Assembly (NCBI GenBank): GCA_049426205.1 | Contig: JBMSXZ010000001.1 | Span: forward strand, 1 to 56,340 | Length of the DNA: 56,340 bases | Direction of reading: 5' to 3' | Origin: Cyanobium sp. | GTDB lineage: Bacteria > Cyanobacteriota > Cyanobacteriia > PCC-6307 > Cyanobiaceae | Part shown: in pieces, positions 11,333 to 21,251 of the stretch | Layout: the number at the start of each line of letters is the position of its first letter | How positions within the stretch are numbered: the first letter of the stretch is position 1 | Made by a program: the position numbers and the translations under genes | The notes under the pieces: generated by a model | Databases searched by the model: none | What the model was told of the DNA's origin: nothing | Seen by the model: only the letters and a program-made list of their open reading frames with translations

Positions 11333-11959
11333 GCGGCCGGCGCTCCCCCTGGCTGCACCCCTGACACCGGGCGTGGGCCCAGGTTTGACCTCTGTGCTGC
11401 CTGAACCGGCGAGGCTTCTCAACCACTGGAGTCAGAGCCGGAACGCCTGGCTGAGAGGCTCGTCGGGAGCAGCGATTGAATTGGTCTCTGACCTTGAGAC
11501 GTCGCTGCAGCATCAGGTTGCGCGGATCAACAAAACGCGCTTGACGATGCTGTCGCGATTGAGATCACTTTTCGATTGAGAGCTCTTTCCCCTCAGATTG
11601 CGACGTGAATGCCAGTCATTCGCTCTGCTCTCCAGCCCGGTCGGCATCAGACAGCCGCAGCCGATCAGAACACTGCGACAAGGTCCGCTGATCAACCATT
11701 GGCGTTGACAGCCTGATCAAGGCTCGCCGCTGCCATCACCCCCTGAGGCCACGGTCATGCCACAACGGGGCCCATGCCATGGCCAACGCGTCGCTCCCAT
11801 CGCGGCTCAACGCCATCGCCGCCCCAGGCCAACGCACCTGCCCGGACGACCGGGCCGACGCCCCACCGAAGCCAGGCCCGAGGCCCGGGAACCGAACTGG
11901 CCCCGGTCCCTAGACTGAACAGACCCACGCTTCTGCCCGGGACTCGCCCGGCCAACCCC

Positions 11960-12949
11960 TTGGTCAACGCCAGCCTCAACTGGGCCAGCATCGTCGGCAT
12001 CGTGCTGGCGGTGGGCGGGGCCTTCCTCTATTTCATGAGGAACTTCAAGCCTGCCCTGGCCCGGGATTACGACGTCTTCTTCGCTGCCATCGGCCTGCTC
12101 TGCGGCGGCATCCTCTTCTTTCAGGGCTGGCGTCTCGATCCGATCCTGCAGTTCGGCCAGTTCCTGCTGGCCGGCACCACCGTCTTCTTCGCCTACGAGA
12201 GCGTGCGGCTGCGGGGGGTGACCACCGAGCAGGCTCGCCGTTCCTCCTACTTCGACGACGAGGAGCCCTCACCCCTGCCGGCACGGGACGGCTTCAGTGG
12301 CCGCAGCTGGGAGGGGGAGAGCTTCGACGCCCCGGATCGCTTCCGCCAGCGAATCCGCCCCCGCGATGACGAGGACGACTTCTACCGTCCCCGCCGACCC
12401 AGCAGCCGGGCGGCGATCCCGGAGCGCGCCGTGAGCCGCCGCTCCGAACCCGAGGACTGGAATGATGGCGGCCCTTCGCCCCGGCGCGAGCCCCCCGCCG
12501 CCGACCGCGAGACCGGCGGCAGCCGCTACAGCGCCGGTGGCAGCAGGGCGAGCGGGGCCCCTGAGTTCGGCGCCCGCCGCCGCGGCCCCGACCAGGGGGA
12601 GATTCGCCGCGGCAGCCGCCCGGTGGCCAACGCCGAGGGCATGCCTCGCTCCAGCCGCCGTCCCGGCGCTGGCACAGAGCCCCAGGCGGCCACAAGCCGG
12701 CCAGGTTCCGGCACGCCTGGTGTTCCCCAGGGCTCGCCGATCCGCACCGGGCGTCCCGAAGCCTCCGCCGGCGGCTCCGATCTGAGCGATGCCGATTTCT
12801 CGCCGATCGGCCGCCGCGGCGGTCAGCCTGGCCCGTCGGCTTCGGCCCCCCCGCCGGGCGGCCCGACCGGCGGCTCCACCTACAGCCGCTCGGAGCGCCC
12901 CCCCGGCCCCGCCAGCGCCCGGGACAACTCCTCACGCTTCGACGACTGA
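11960..12949 (+). CDS. ycf66: Ycf66 family protein
   Basis: (M)VNASLNWASIVG...ARDYDVFF...QGWRLDPILQFGQ; disordered C-terminus ending SRFDD. Confidence 0.9.
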   Translation: MVNASLNWASIVGIVLAVGGAFLYFMRNFKPALARDYDVFFAAIGLLCGGILFFQGWRLDPILQFGQFLLAGTTVFFAYESVRLRGVTTEQARRSSYFDDEEPSPLPARDGFSGRSWEGESFDAPDRFRQRIRPRDDEDDFYRPRRPSSRAAIPERAVSRRSEPEDWNDGGPSPRREPPAADRETGGSRYSAGGSRASGAPEFGARRRGPDQGEIRRGSRPVANAEGMPRSSRRPGAGTEPQAATSRPGSGTPGVPQGSPIRTGRPEASAGGSDLSDADFSPIGRRGGQPGPSASAPPPGGPTGGSTYSRSERPPGPASARDNSSRFDD

Positions 12950-13041
12950 TCGCCGCCCCACGCCCCCATCGCCAGCCACTGCGGCGCTGGGCCCGCTGCG
13001 GCTGGCACCAAGGGCGCGGCCTGAGCAGTGCCCTGCCGGCT

Positions 13042-13629
13042 TTGCCCTGCCGGCCATGGCCCTGCCGGCCCTGGCCCACCCCAGCGTCGAGACTCGGCTC
13101 CAGCGCCTTGGTCCTCGCCCTGCTGCTGGCGCTCCCGGCCTGCGGCAGCTGGAGCTGGGGTCGCCGCAGCGCCGGCCCGAGCGGCCTGGGCGGCCCGGCC
13201 AACCGTGAGGATCCGGCCCTGAGCGGCAACGGTCGCTACCTGGCCAGCCTGGTGGAACGCGGTGGCCGCCGCACGGTGCTGCTCCAGGAGCAGCCCAGCG
13301 GCCGTGAGCTGCCCCTGCCGGAGCTGCGCCGCTTCCAGCCCCACCGCTCCCCTTCCCTGAGCTGGAACGGCCGCTACCTCGCCCTGCTGGTGCAGCAGGG
13401 CAGCCGCCACCTGGCGGTGATCCAGGACCGGGCCACCGGCCGCCTGCACCGCTTGCCCCTGAGCGGCGATCGGGAGTTGGAGCGCCTCAGCCTGGCCCCC
13501 GATGGCCGCCGCCTGGCGCTGGAGGTGGTGAGCCAGGGCCGGTCTCGGCTGGAGCTGCTGGATCTCACCCCCCTGCTGGAGCCCGACCTGCCGGCCACGC
13601 CGCTCAGCGGCGGGGGGCCGATGCGATGA
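13042..13629 (+). CDS. TolB-like beta-propeller lipoprotein
   Basis: Lipobox-like LPAC and PD40-like repeats (PALSGNGRYLA, PSLSWNGRYLA); start uncertain. Confidence 0.75.
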   Translation: MPCRPWPCRPWPTPASRLGSSALVLALLLALPACGSWSWGRRSAGPSGLGGPANREDPALSGNGRYLASLVERGGRRTVLLQEQPSGRELPLPELRRFQPHRSPSLSWNGRYLALLVQQGSRHLAVIQDRATGRLHRLPLSGDRELERLSLAPDGRRLALEVVSQGRSRLELLDLTPLLEPDLPATPLSGGGPMR

Positions 13630-14123
13630 AAGGCAGGCAGGCCAACCCCCTGGCGGCCGCCCTGGCCGCGGCGTTGACGGCCCCCCTGGCCGGTTGCCTG
13701 GGCCCGATGCCCCAGCCCCTGCCAGGCCTGAACAGCCGCCTGGAGGCGATCGGCAGCAGCCGCTCCCCCTCCCTGGCGGGCCGCTGGCTGGCCCTGATCG
13801 GCGGCCGCGATGGACGGGAGCAGGTGCAGCTGGTGGATCTGGAGCGCCAGCTGCCGGTGCCGCTGCCGGGCCTGAACCGCCCCGATGCCCAGCCGATCGC
13901 GGTGTCGGTGGAGGCGGCCGGCGACCGGCTGGCCCTGGTGCGCCACCTGGAGGGCCGCACCGAGCTGGTGCTTTACCGCCGCGGCCTGATGGCCCTCGAA
14001 ACCATCGCGATGCAACCGCCGGGCGTCCCCCGGCGCGTCAACCTGCGGGCCGATGGCCGCGAGCTGGCGGTGGAGGTGAGCCGCGGCGGCGTCTGGCAGG
14101 TGGACCTGATTCAGGTGCCGTGA
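13626..14123 (+). CDS. TolB-like lipoprotein
   Basis: Lipobox LAGC, propeller-like strands, ATGA overlap with the previous gene. Confidence 0.7.
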   Translation: MKGRQANPLAAALAAALTAPLAGCLGPMPQPLPGLNSRLEAIGSSRSPSLAGRWLALIGGRDGREQVQLVDLERQLPVPLPGLNRPDAQPIAVSVEAAGDRLALVRHLEGRTELVLYRRGLMALETIAMQPPGVPRRVNLRADGRELAVEVSRGGVWQVDLIQVP

Positions 14124-14387
14124 ACGGCCGGCCGAACGGCGGCCCTGGCAAGCCCGAGCAACGCAAGAGCACTCCGAACGATCGGCCTTGCCATCGGCGC
14201 CGCCCTGGGGAGGATCGAGACCGATCTCGATACCCTGCTGCTGCCCAGGGGGATCGCTCTGCCCTGCCTGACTCCATCTCCATCGGTCGTCCCGCCCTGC
14301 TGGCCCTGATTGAGGCTGCCGGGCGGCGGCTGGAACGCCGGAGCTGAGCTGTGCCCTGACGAGCTGCGGAGCACGGTTGAGCCTGGC

Positions 14388-14603
14388 TCAGGGCACCAGG
14401 CCGGCCCAGTGCAGGAACGTGTCGCGGCTGAGGGCCTCAATCAGCAGCACCGCCGCAAAACCGACCATGGCGAAGCGACCGTTGACCCGTTCGGCGTAGG
14501 TGCTCCAGCCGAAGGCGGGTTCCACCCCGGTGGTGGGGGTGGTGGACCGGGGGAGCGGCGCTGCAGCGCTGCTGGGATCGACCGGGGTGGCGGGGTCAGG
14601 CAT
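14388..14603 (-). CDS. hli: High-light-inducible protein (chlorophyll a/b-binding, Hli/Scp)
   Basis: AERVNGRFAMVGF motif. Confidence 0.93.
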   Translation of the reverse strand: MPDPATPVDPSSAAAPLPRSTTPTTGVEPAFGWSTYAERVNGRFAMVGFAAVLLIEALSRDTFLHWAGLVP

Positions 14604-16701
14604 CGGTTCCTACGGTTCGCCCAAAGCTATAGCCGGCCGCCGGCAGCAGACGCCAGCCACCCGTGCCGTCGAGCTCGAGCACGGTGTCGTGGTAATCGAC
14701 CAGGGTGGGCCGGTGGCCGACGCTCACGAAAGCCAGATCGCGCTGCAGCAGCAGCTCATAGAGCAGCTTTTCGGTGGCCACATCGAGGGCGCTGGTGGCC
14801 TCATCGAGGACCACATAGCGGGGGGCGTTGAGCAGCAGCCGGGCGAAGGCCAGGCGCTGCTGCTCACCCAGTGAGAGCAGCCGGGGCCAGTCCTGCTTGA
14901 TGTCAAGGTCCGGGTAGCGCTGCACCAGCTCCGGCAGTCGCACCTCCTCCAGGACGTGACGCAGCTGGGCATCGTTGAAGCGATCGGGGGGCTGGGGATA
15001 GCAGAGCTGCTCCCGCAGGCTGCCGAGCAGCATGTAGGGCTTCTGGGGGATGAACATCAGCTCCCCGACCGGCGGTCGTTCCACCTGACCGCTGGCCGCC
15101 GGCCAGAGGCCGCTGACCAGCCGCAGGAAGGAGGTTTTTCCGCAGCCCGACGGGCCCACCACCAGCAGCCGCTGCTGCGGACCGACGGTGAGGTTGAGGT
15201 CGCGGATCAGGGTGCGGGAGGAGCGGGGCGGCACCAGATCGACATGGCGCACCACGATCGAGGCGGCCGTTCCCGGCGGCTTGGGGGCACCCTCCAGGCC
15301 GGCCAGGCTGTCGGCGCCGGCGCGGGCCGCGGCGATGCCCTCCACCTTGTTCTGGAAGCCCTCGAGGCGGCTGATCGAAGCCGAGAAGGCAGCGAGGCGA
15401 TCGATGTTGTTGACGATGTAACTGACCGAGAACAGCACCTGGGAGAAGGCGATGCTGGCCTGGCCGAACACACCGAAATCGACCTGCTTGGCGAAGTAGA
15501 TCGGGGCGATCACCAACCAGGGCAGGAAGCGGGAGAAGTAGTCGTAGGAGCGCTGGATCACCTGGATCAGGGCCTCCCAGATGATCAGGCGGTTGTAGTT
15601 GCGGATCGCACCGCCCAGGCGACGCTCGCCCTCGTGGGTTTCCTGCTTCTCACCACGGTAAAAAGCGATCGATTCGGCATTGTCACGGATGTGCACCAAG
15701 CCGTAGCGGAAGTCGGCCTCGAGCTTGAGCTGCTGGTAATTCAGATTCACCAGCTTGCGGCTGGCGAACACCACCACGGCCGTACCCGCCACCGAATAGA
15801 TCAGCAGCCACAGGGCCAGGGTGCGGTTGATGCTCAACAGCACAATGATGAAGCTGAAGAAGGTCAGCAGTGCCGAAAGAATCTCTACCGTCACGCTCAG
15901 ACTGGTGGCCGTGAAGCTAGCGGTATCCTGGGAGATCCGCTGGTCGGGGTTATCGATCTCCTCCTGGCTCTCGTCGTTGGGGTTGAGCACGTAGTAGGCT
16001 CGGTTGCTCATGTAGCGCTGCAGCAGCCGGCTGCTCAACCATTCGCGCCACATCAGGCCGAGCTTGGGGATCAGATAGCTCTGGATCGCCCGGATCGGCA
16101 GCGCCAGCACCAGGCAGAAGGCATAGATCGCCACCGTCTTCCAGAAGCCGTCCTTGTCGTAGGCGACCAGGGTGTTATCGACATTGCGAGCAATGAAACT
16201 GATGCCCACATTGATGCCGTTGATCACCAGGATCAGCAGGATGATCACCCCCAGCAGCAACCACGGCAGCCAGCGCCCCTGGCGCAGCCGGCCGCGGAAC
16301 CACCAGAAGCAGAACGCCCCGGCGGCGGCCAGGCCCAGGATCACCGGTCCCACGGGGCCAGTCCAGAGCGCCGCCACCTGCTGGGGCACACCGGGCAGGA
16401 AGCGGCTCTGCAGCTCCGGGATCAGGGCACCGCTGATGCCCACGGCCGCAGTCAGCAGCAACAGGGTCACCCCTACCACCACCGCCACCAGCGCCAGGAT
16501 CAGCAGCAGGAACTGGGCGCCGCTCGCCGCCTGACCGTTGGCATCGAGGGGAAGGAAATAGGGCTGGGCCAGGCGCTGCAGCTTGCCCAGCTGCTCACGG
16601 AGGGCCTTCAGGGGGTTCAAGGGGGGCCGGCGAATCAGGGCATTGTCGCCGCTGGCGGGGGTCAGAGGGGGTGGGGCTGGTGTGCTTCCCCGCTGGCCCA
16701 A
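14596..16701 (-). CDS. ABC transporter fused permease/ATPase (ABCD/YddA type)
   Basis: DNPDQRI, EADFR, GPSGCGKTS, LSLGEQQR, LDEATSALD, SVGHR; start uncertain. Confidence 0.92.
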   Translation of the reverse strand: MGQRGSTPAPPPLTPASGDNALIRRPPLNPLKALREQLGKLQRLAQPYFLPLDANGQAASGAQFLLLILALVAVVVGVTLLLLTAAVGISGALIPELQSRFLPGVPQQVAALWTGPVGPVILGLAAAGAFCFWWFRGRLRQGRWLPWLLLGVIILLILVINGINVGISFIARNVDNTLVAYDKDGFWKTVAIYAFCLVLALPIRAIQSYLIPKLGLMWREWLSSRLLQRYMSNRAYYVLNPNDESQEEIDNPDQRISQDTASFTATSLSVTVEILSALLTFFSFIIVLLSINRTLALWLLIYSVAGTAVVVFASRKLVNLNYQQLKLEADFRYGLVHIRDNAESIAFYRGEKQETHEGERRLGGAIRNYNRLIIWEALIQVIQRSYDYFSRFLPWLVIAPIYFAKQVDFGVFGQASIAFSQVLFSVSYIVNNIDRLAAFSASISRLEGFQNKVEGIAAARAGADSLAGLEGAPKPPGTAASIVVRHVDLVPPRSSRTLIRDLNLTVGPQQRLLVVGPSGCGKTSFLRLVSGLWPAASGQVERPPVGELMFIPQKPYMLLGSLREQLCYPQPPDRFNDAQLRHVLEEVRLPELVQRYPDLDIKQDWPRLLSLGEQQRLAFARLLLNAPRYVVLDEATSALDVATEKLLYELLLQRDLAFVSVGHRPTLVDYHDTVLELDGTGGWRLLPAAGYSFGRTVGTDA

Positions 16702-16709
16702 CCGGCGCC

Positions 16710-17114
16710 TCAGCCTGGCGGCCAGGCCAGGGGCCGGCCACCGATCACATGCACATGCAGGTGAAACACGGTCTGACCGGCCTCGGCGCCGCTGTTGATC
16801 ACGGTGCGCCAGCCGCTCAGGCCCTCCTGCCGCGCCACCCGGGCCGCCACCAGCAGCAGGTGACCCAGCAGCTCCCGATGCCCCTCATCGGCCTCTCCCA
16901 GCTGGGCGATCGGCTGGCGCGGAATCACCAGCACATGCACCGGTGCCTGGGGATTCACATCCCGGAAAGCCAGGCAGAGCTCATCGCTGTAGACCGCATC
17001 GCAGGGGATCTCCCCCCGCAGGATGCGACCGAAGATCGTGTCGCCGCCAGCGGGCACGGCCGGAATGGGACCGCCAGCGGCGGGGGTGGCGAACGGGACC
17101 TCGCTGCTGCTCAT
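16710..17114 (-). CDS. Histidine triad (HIT) nucleotide-binding protein
   Basis: DTIFGRI, AFRDVNPQAPVHVLVIP, GQTVFHLHVHVIGGR at the C-terminus of ORF 16710..18224. Confidence 0.95.
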   Translation of the reverse strand: MSSSEVPFATPAAGGPIPAVPAGGDTIFGRILRGEIPCDAVYSDELCLAFRDVNPQAPVHVLVIPRQPIAQLGEADEGHRELLGHLLLVAARVARQEGLSGWRTVINSGAEAGQTVFHLHVHVIGGRPLAWPPG

Positions 17115-17184
17115 GGCGCCGGGCACTGGGCGGGGTGATGCGGGCGGTGGCACTGGAAGGGCAGTGATCACCGAATCCGATCTG

Positions 17185-18834
17185 ATGTTGGCACGATGCG
17201 GCAGTGCGGGCCTGCGGGGGCTGGAGGCCCAGCCCGTGATGGTGGAGGTCGACATCAGCCCCGGCCTGCCGGGACTGCAGATGGTCGGACTGGCCGATGC
17301 GGCGGTGCAGGAGTCGCGGGAGAGGGTGCGCGGCGCCCTGCGCAACAGCGGCCTGCGGGTGCCGCTGACGCGGGTGATCGTCAGCCTGGCCCCCGCCGAC
17401 CTGCGCAAGGAGGGACCCGCCTTCGATCTGCCGATCGCCCTGGGCCTGCTCAGCGCCAGCGGCCAGCTGGCGCCGGAGCGGCTGGAGGGGGTGTGGAGCG
17501 CCGCTGAGCTGGGCCTCGACGGCAGCCTGCGGCCGGTGCGGGGGGTGCTGGCCATCGCCCTGGCGGCGCAGCGCCAGGGGGTGCGGGCCCTGCTGGTGGC
17601 CGCCCCCAACCTGGCCGAGGCGCGGCTGGTGGAGGGGCTCACGGTCTGGGGGGCCTCAAGCCTGGGCCAGGCCCTGGCGGTGCTGGCCGATCCCTGCCGG
17701 GGCGCATCCCCGGACCCTGCCGGCGTGGAGCGGCCCGAGCAGCCCGTCGGCGAGCTGGGGGAGGTGCGGGGCCAGCGCCACGGTCGCCGCGCCCTGGAGA
17801 TCGCCGCCGCCGGCGACCACCACCTGCTGCTGGTCGGCCCCCCGGGCTCCGGCAAGACCATGCTCGCGCGCTGCCTGGCTGGCCTGCTGCCGCCCCTCAG
17901 CCGCGCCGAGGCCCTCGAACTGACCCAGCTCCACTCGGTGGCCGGCCTGCTGCCGGGGGGCGCCGGCCTGGTGCACCGCCGCCCCTTCCGCGCCCCCCAC
18001 CACAGCTGCTCGGCCGCCGCCCTGGTGGGTGGGGGCTCGGTGCCCCGCCCCGGCGAGTTGAGCCTGGCCCACCGGGGGGTGCTGTTCCTCGATGAGCTGG
18101 CCGAGTTCCGCCGCAGCGTGCTCGACCAGCTGCGCCAACCCCTGGAGGAGGGGGAGGTATGGATCAGCCGCACCCGCCAGCGCTGCCGCTTTCCCTGCCG
18201 CATCACCCTGGTGGGGGCCACCAATCCCTGCCCCTGCGGCTGGTGGGGCGACCCGGAGCGGGCCTGCCGCTGCGGTGAGGCGGAGCGACGGCGCTACTGG
18301 GGACGGATCTCGGGGCCGCTGCTGGATCGCCTCGATCTGCAGGTGGTGATGCACCGCTGTCCCTCCAGCCAGCTGGCGGCGGCCTTCCGCTGCGATCCCG
18401 ACCCGCGGGGAACCAATCAAGCGGCTGGCCTGGCCGCAGCCGTGCCCCAAGGACAGCGCCTGGGGCAGGGCTGCGGCCAGGCCCCTGGTCAGGCCCCTGG
18501 TCAGGCCCCTGGCCAGGCCCCGGAGAGCAGCGGCGAGGTGGCCCGGCGGGTGCGGCGGGCCCGGCAACGGATGGCGGGGCGCAACCCGGAGGGCTGCGGC
18601 AACGGCCGGCTCGACGGCGCCAGGCTGCGGACCACCCTGGGGCTGGAGCCGTCCGCCCTGGATCTCTGGGAGCGGGCGATCGAGCAGCGCCAGCTCTCGG
18701 CCCGTAGCGGTGGCCGGATCCTGCGGGTGGCGCGCACGATCGCCGATCTGGCGGATGACGATCGGGTGGGGCCCGGGGCGATCGCCGAGGCCCTCACCTT
18801 CCGTAGCTTCGACGGTGTGACCGGCTCGGCCTAG
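17185..18834 (+). CDS. comM: YifB/ComM family Mg-chelatase-like AAA+ ATPase
   Basis: VGLADAAVQESRERV, GPPGSGKTML, PFRAPHHS, LFLDELAEF, ATNPCPCG. Confidence 0.9.
   Translation: MLARCGSAGLRGLEAQPVMVEVDISPGLPGLQMVGLADAAVQESRERVRGALRNSGLRVPLTRVIVSLAPADLRKEGPAFDLPIALGLLSASGQLAPERLEGVWSAAELGLDGSLRPVRGVLAIALAAQRQGVRALLVAAPNLAEARLVEGLTVWGASSLGQALAVLADPCRGASPDPAGVERPEQPVGELGEVRGQRHGRRALEIAAAGDHHLLLVGPPGSGKTMLARCLAGLLPPLSRAEALELTQLHSVAGLLPGGAGLVHRRPFRAPHHSCSAAALVGGGSVPRPGELSLAHRGVLFLDELAEFRRSVLDQLRQPLEEGEVWISRTRQRCRFPCRITLVGATNPCPCGWWGDPERACRCGEAERRRYWGRISGPLLDRLDLQVVMHRCPSSQLAAAFRCDPDPRGTNQAAGLAAAVPQGQRLGQGCGQAPGQAPGQAPGQAPESSGEVARRVRRARQRMAGRNPEGCGNGRLDGARLRTTLGLEPSALDLWERAIEQRQLSARSGGRILRVARTIADLADDDRVGPGAIAEALTFRSFDGVTGSA
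18475..18522 (+). repeat. 12-bp tandem repeat x4 encoding GQAP inside comM
   Basis: ggccaggcccct ggtcaggcccct ggtcaggcccct ggccaggccccg. Confidence 0.85.
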
Positions 18835-19013
18835 CGGGAGCGGGAGCCCCGGCGGCGGGGGCGATCGTGGTAGGGCTGAACCCCCACCAGCGGAGGCTGG
18901 TGCAAGGCCTCCTCACGGGGGTTGCCGAAGGCATGGTTGAGGGTCTCGGCGAGCCAATGGCCGAAGTGGAAGGCCTGACCCCGGGATTCGTCGGCTGAAG
19001 CGGAGAACTCCAT
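18831..19013 (-). CDS. Small hypothetical protein
   Basis: ATG at 19013, 60 aa (MEFSASADES...PPLVGVQPYHDRP); fills the gap downstream of rpsU. Confidence 0.5.
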   Translation of the reverse strand: MEFSASADESRGQAFHFGHWLAETLNHAFGNPREEALHQPPLVGVQPYHDRPRRRGSRSR

Positions 19014-19196
19014 GGTGCGCAGCGGCAGGGCTCCTTCAGCTTGGCGCTGCCGCGCCCGCAGGGGAACCGGTAGAAGCACCGGTTCCCGTTGAGCGCCAAA
19101 GCACCGCGCAGGCCCAGAAGGTCGCCAAAACTCAACCCCCAAGGGCGGCCCGGGCGATCAGCCCAGCGACCAGTCGGCCGCCGAGGGGGCTGGTCA

Positions 19197-19367
19197 TCAG
19201 CGGCGGCGGCGGCGCTGCTGGGCCTTGCGCTTGTACTTCTCGGTGGGGGTCTCGTGATGGCGCAGGCGCTTCAGGTCGGCGAAGATCCCCGCCTTGGAGA
19301 CCTGGCGCTTGAAGCGGCGCAGGGCGGATTCGATCCCTTCGTTTTCGCCGACGGTGACCTGGGTCAT
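19197..19367 (-). CDS. rpsU: 30S ribosomal protein S21
   Basis: Hand translation [56 protein letters not shown] (56 aa, absent from the ORF track). Confidence 0.96.
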   Translation of the reverse strand: MTQVTVGENEGIESALRRFKRQVSKAGIFADLKRLRHHETPTEKYKRKAQQRRRRR

Positions 19368-19440
19368 GAACTGCTGCGCGGGAGCAAACGGCCATCAACC
19401 CTAGCAATGCACCTTCCGCCCCTTTGGTCGGCGCTGCCCA

Positions 19441-20166
19441 TCAGCGGGGGGAGGGCAGCGGCGGCGGCGGCGCCCCGGCCGGAGCAGGGGCCAGCGGCTT
19501 GTCGGAGGAGCTGGCCGGCTGAGGGGCCGCCGCAGCCGAGGGGGCAGGGGTCGGCGGCAGAGCCGACGAGGATGGGGCACCGGCTGGCTCAGCCGCCGCC
19601 GGCCAGCTGTCGCGGTAGAGGTAGACGTGACCGAGGGAACGGCCTCGGAACTGGCGGCGCGCCAGGCGCCAGCCGGGCTCGAAGTGGAGCTTCAGGAAAC
19701 CGCTGGCCAGGCCCTGGCTGCGGGCCACGAGCAGCTCCGGACCGGAACCGGCGGTGGGCAGCGCCAGAAGCTGAATGTCGGACGCGGTGGGCACCACGCT
19801 GAGGCGATAGACGGTGGCCAGGTCCCGGTCACCGATGCGCAGCGAGTAGCCGTTGGTGTCGATGTAGCGGCTGCAGATGCCCGAGAAATCAAAGCTGGCC
19901 AACAGCGGGTTCACCACGGCGGGCAGGCCCGGCGCCACCGAGAAACAGGGCCGCCGCTGGTTGATCTGCTCGTAGATGTTGAGCTGGGAGCGGCTGCCCG
20001 ACCCGATCGGGGCCGCCACAAGGATGAAGCGATCAGCCTCAACCTCCCCCATGCCGAACAGGGAGGGGGCGTTCTGGGCCAGGGCGCCGCCGGGGAGGGC
20101 TGGGAGCGCGGCGGCCAGGGCCAGTGCGGCAGCCGGCGCAGACCGGCGTGGAAGGAAGCGGGTCAA
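19441..20166 (-). CDS. DUF3747 domain exported protein
   Basis: Signal peptide; 'LNIYEQI...CF...PLLASFDFSGICSRYIDTNGYSLR'. Confidence 0.8.
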   Translation of the reverse strand: MTRFLPRRSAPAAALALAAALPALPGGALAQNAPSLFGMGEVEADRFILVAAPIGSGSRSQLNIYEQINQRRPCFSVAPGLPAVVNPLLASFDFSGICSRYIDTNGYSLRIGDRDLATVYRLSVVPTASDIQLLALPTAGSGPELLVARSQGLASGFLKLHFEPGWRLARRQFRGRSLGHVYLYRDSWPAAAEPAGAPSSSALPPTPAPSAAAAPQPASSSDKPLAPAPAGAPPPPLPSPR

Positions 20167-20309
20167 GGCGGGCAGGGGCAGAGGCGGCGCGCTGTGGGGG
20201 CGCCGCCCGATCGTATGCAGGGCCGGTGCGGGGCAGTTCCGGCGGTGTGCCCTCCGCCGGCCGGCAGGGGGCCCTGGACCAGGCGCCTTCGCCGCGGTAA
20301 TGGGGCGGC

Positions 20310-20507
20310 TCAGGCGGGCCGGTTGATCCGGATGGCCACCAGCAGGGCCAGCACGGTGCCCGGCAGGCAGGCCCCGAGGATGGCGCGGGTGGCGGTCACG
20401 CCGAGGTCGGGATCGCCATAGGCCAGCTCAAACACCGAGCCGGTGGCGGCGATGCCGAGCACGCAGGCCAGGGCCAGGAACAGGCCCGCCAGGGGTTTCA
20501 TCGGCAT
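20310..20507 (-). CDS. Small two-helix membrane protein
   Basis: MPMKPLAGLFLALACVLGIAATGSVFELAYGDPDLG...; hydrophobic, lies downstream of def. Confidence 0.7.
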   Translation of the reverse strand: MPMKPLAGLFLALACVLGIAATGSVFELAYGDPDLGVTATRAILGACLPGTVLALLVAIRINRPA

Positions 20508-20589
20508 GGCAAGGGGGAAAGGAGGGGGCCTTGGAGGGGAGGATCGCGACGGCCGGGCGATGCCCCAGGGGGCTCCGGCGGGGTGCCGC

Positions 20590-21195
20590 TCAGCGGATCG
20601 TCTGGACGTGGTCGCGCTGGAAGCCGTGCTGGCGCAGCTCCTCATTGAGACTCAGCTCATCGGTGACGCGGTCGACGAACAGCACACCGTTGAGGTGGTC
20701 CAGCTCGTGCTGGATGCAGCGGGCGAGCAGCCCATCCGCCTTGAGCTTGCGCGGCCGGCCCTGCTCATCGCGGAAGCTCACCTCCACCGTGGAGGGGCGG
20801 ACCACATCGAGGTAAACCTTGGGAATGCTGAGGCAGCCCTCTTCGTAGGTGTTGAACGAGGCGCTGGCGGCGGTGATCTCGGGATTGATCAGCACCAGGG
20901 GCGGCGTGGCGGCCTCCTCAAGGTCGAGATCGATCACCAGCAGCTGCTTGTGGATGCCCACCTGGGGGGCCGCCAGGCCGATGCCCCGGGCCGCATACAT
21001 GCTCTGCAGCATCGAGCGGGCCAGATCCCGCACCTCCTCATCCACCTTGCTGATCCGCCGGGCCGGGGTGCGCAGCTCGCGGGAGCCCAGGGTATGGATC
21101 GCCAGGGGCGGCTCGGCCAGTGGCTCCTTGGACACGTGCACCGTGCTCTGACCCTTCTCGGCGGAACGGGCCAACTGGGCGAAACTGCGCGCCAA
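20590..21195 (-). CDS. def: Peptide deformylase
   Basis: GIGLAAPQVG, EGCLS, QHELDHLNG; TTG start at 21195. Confidence 0.96.
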   Translation of the reverse strand: MARSFAQLARSAEKGQSTVHVSKEPLAEPPLAIHTLGSRELRTPARRISKVDEEVRDLARSMLQSMYAARGIGLAAPQVGIHKQLLVIDLDLEEAATPPLVLINPEITAASASFNTYEEGCLSIPKVYLDVVRPSTVEVSFRDEQGRPRKLKADGLLARCIQHELDHLNGVLFVDRVTDELSLNEELRQHGFQRDHVQTIR

Positions 21196-21251
21196 GTGGC
21201 AGACCCTGAAACATTGGTGCAGATTGTAGAAGCCTTCAGCAGCGATAAGCG

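Noticed and set aside
16710-18224. 504-aa ORF as a long HIT fusion
   Set aside because: Only the last ~134 aa are HIT; the rest is antisense to comM
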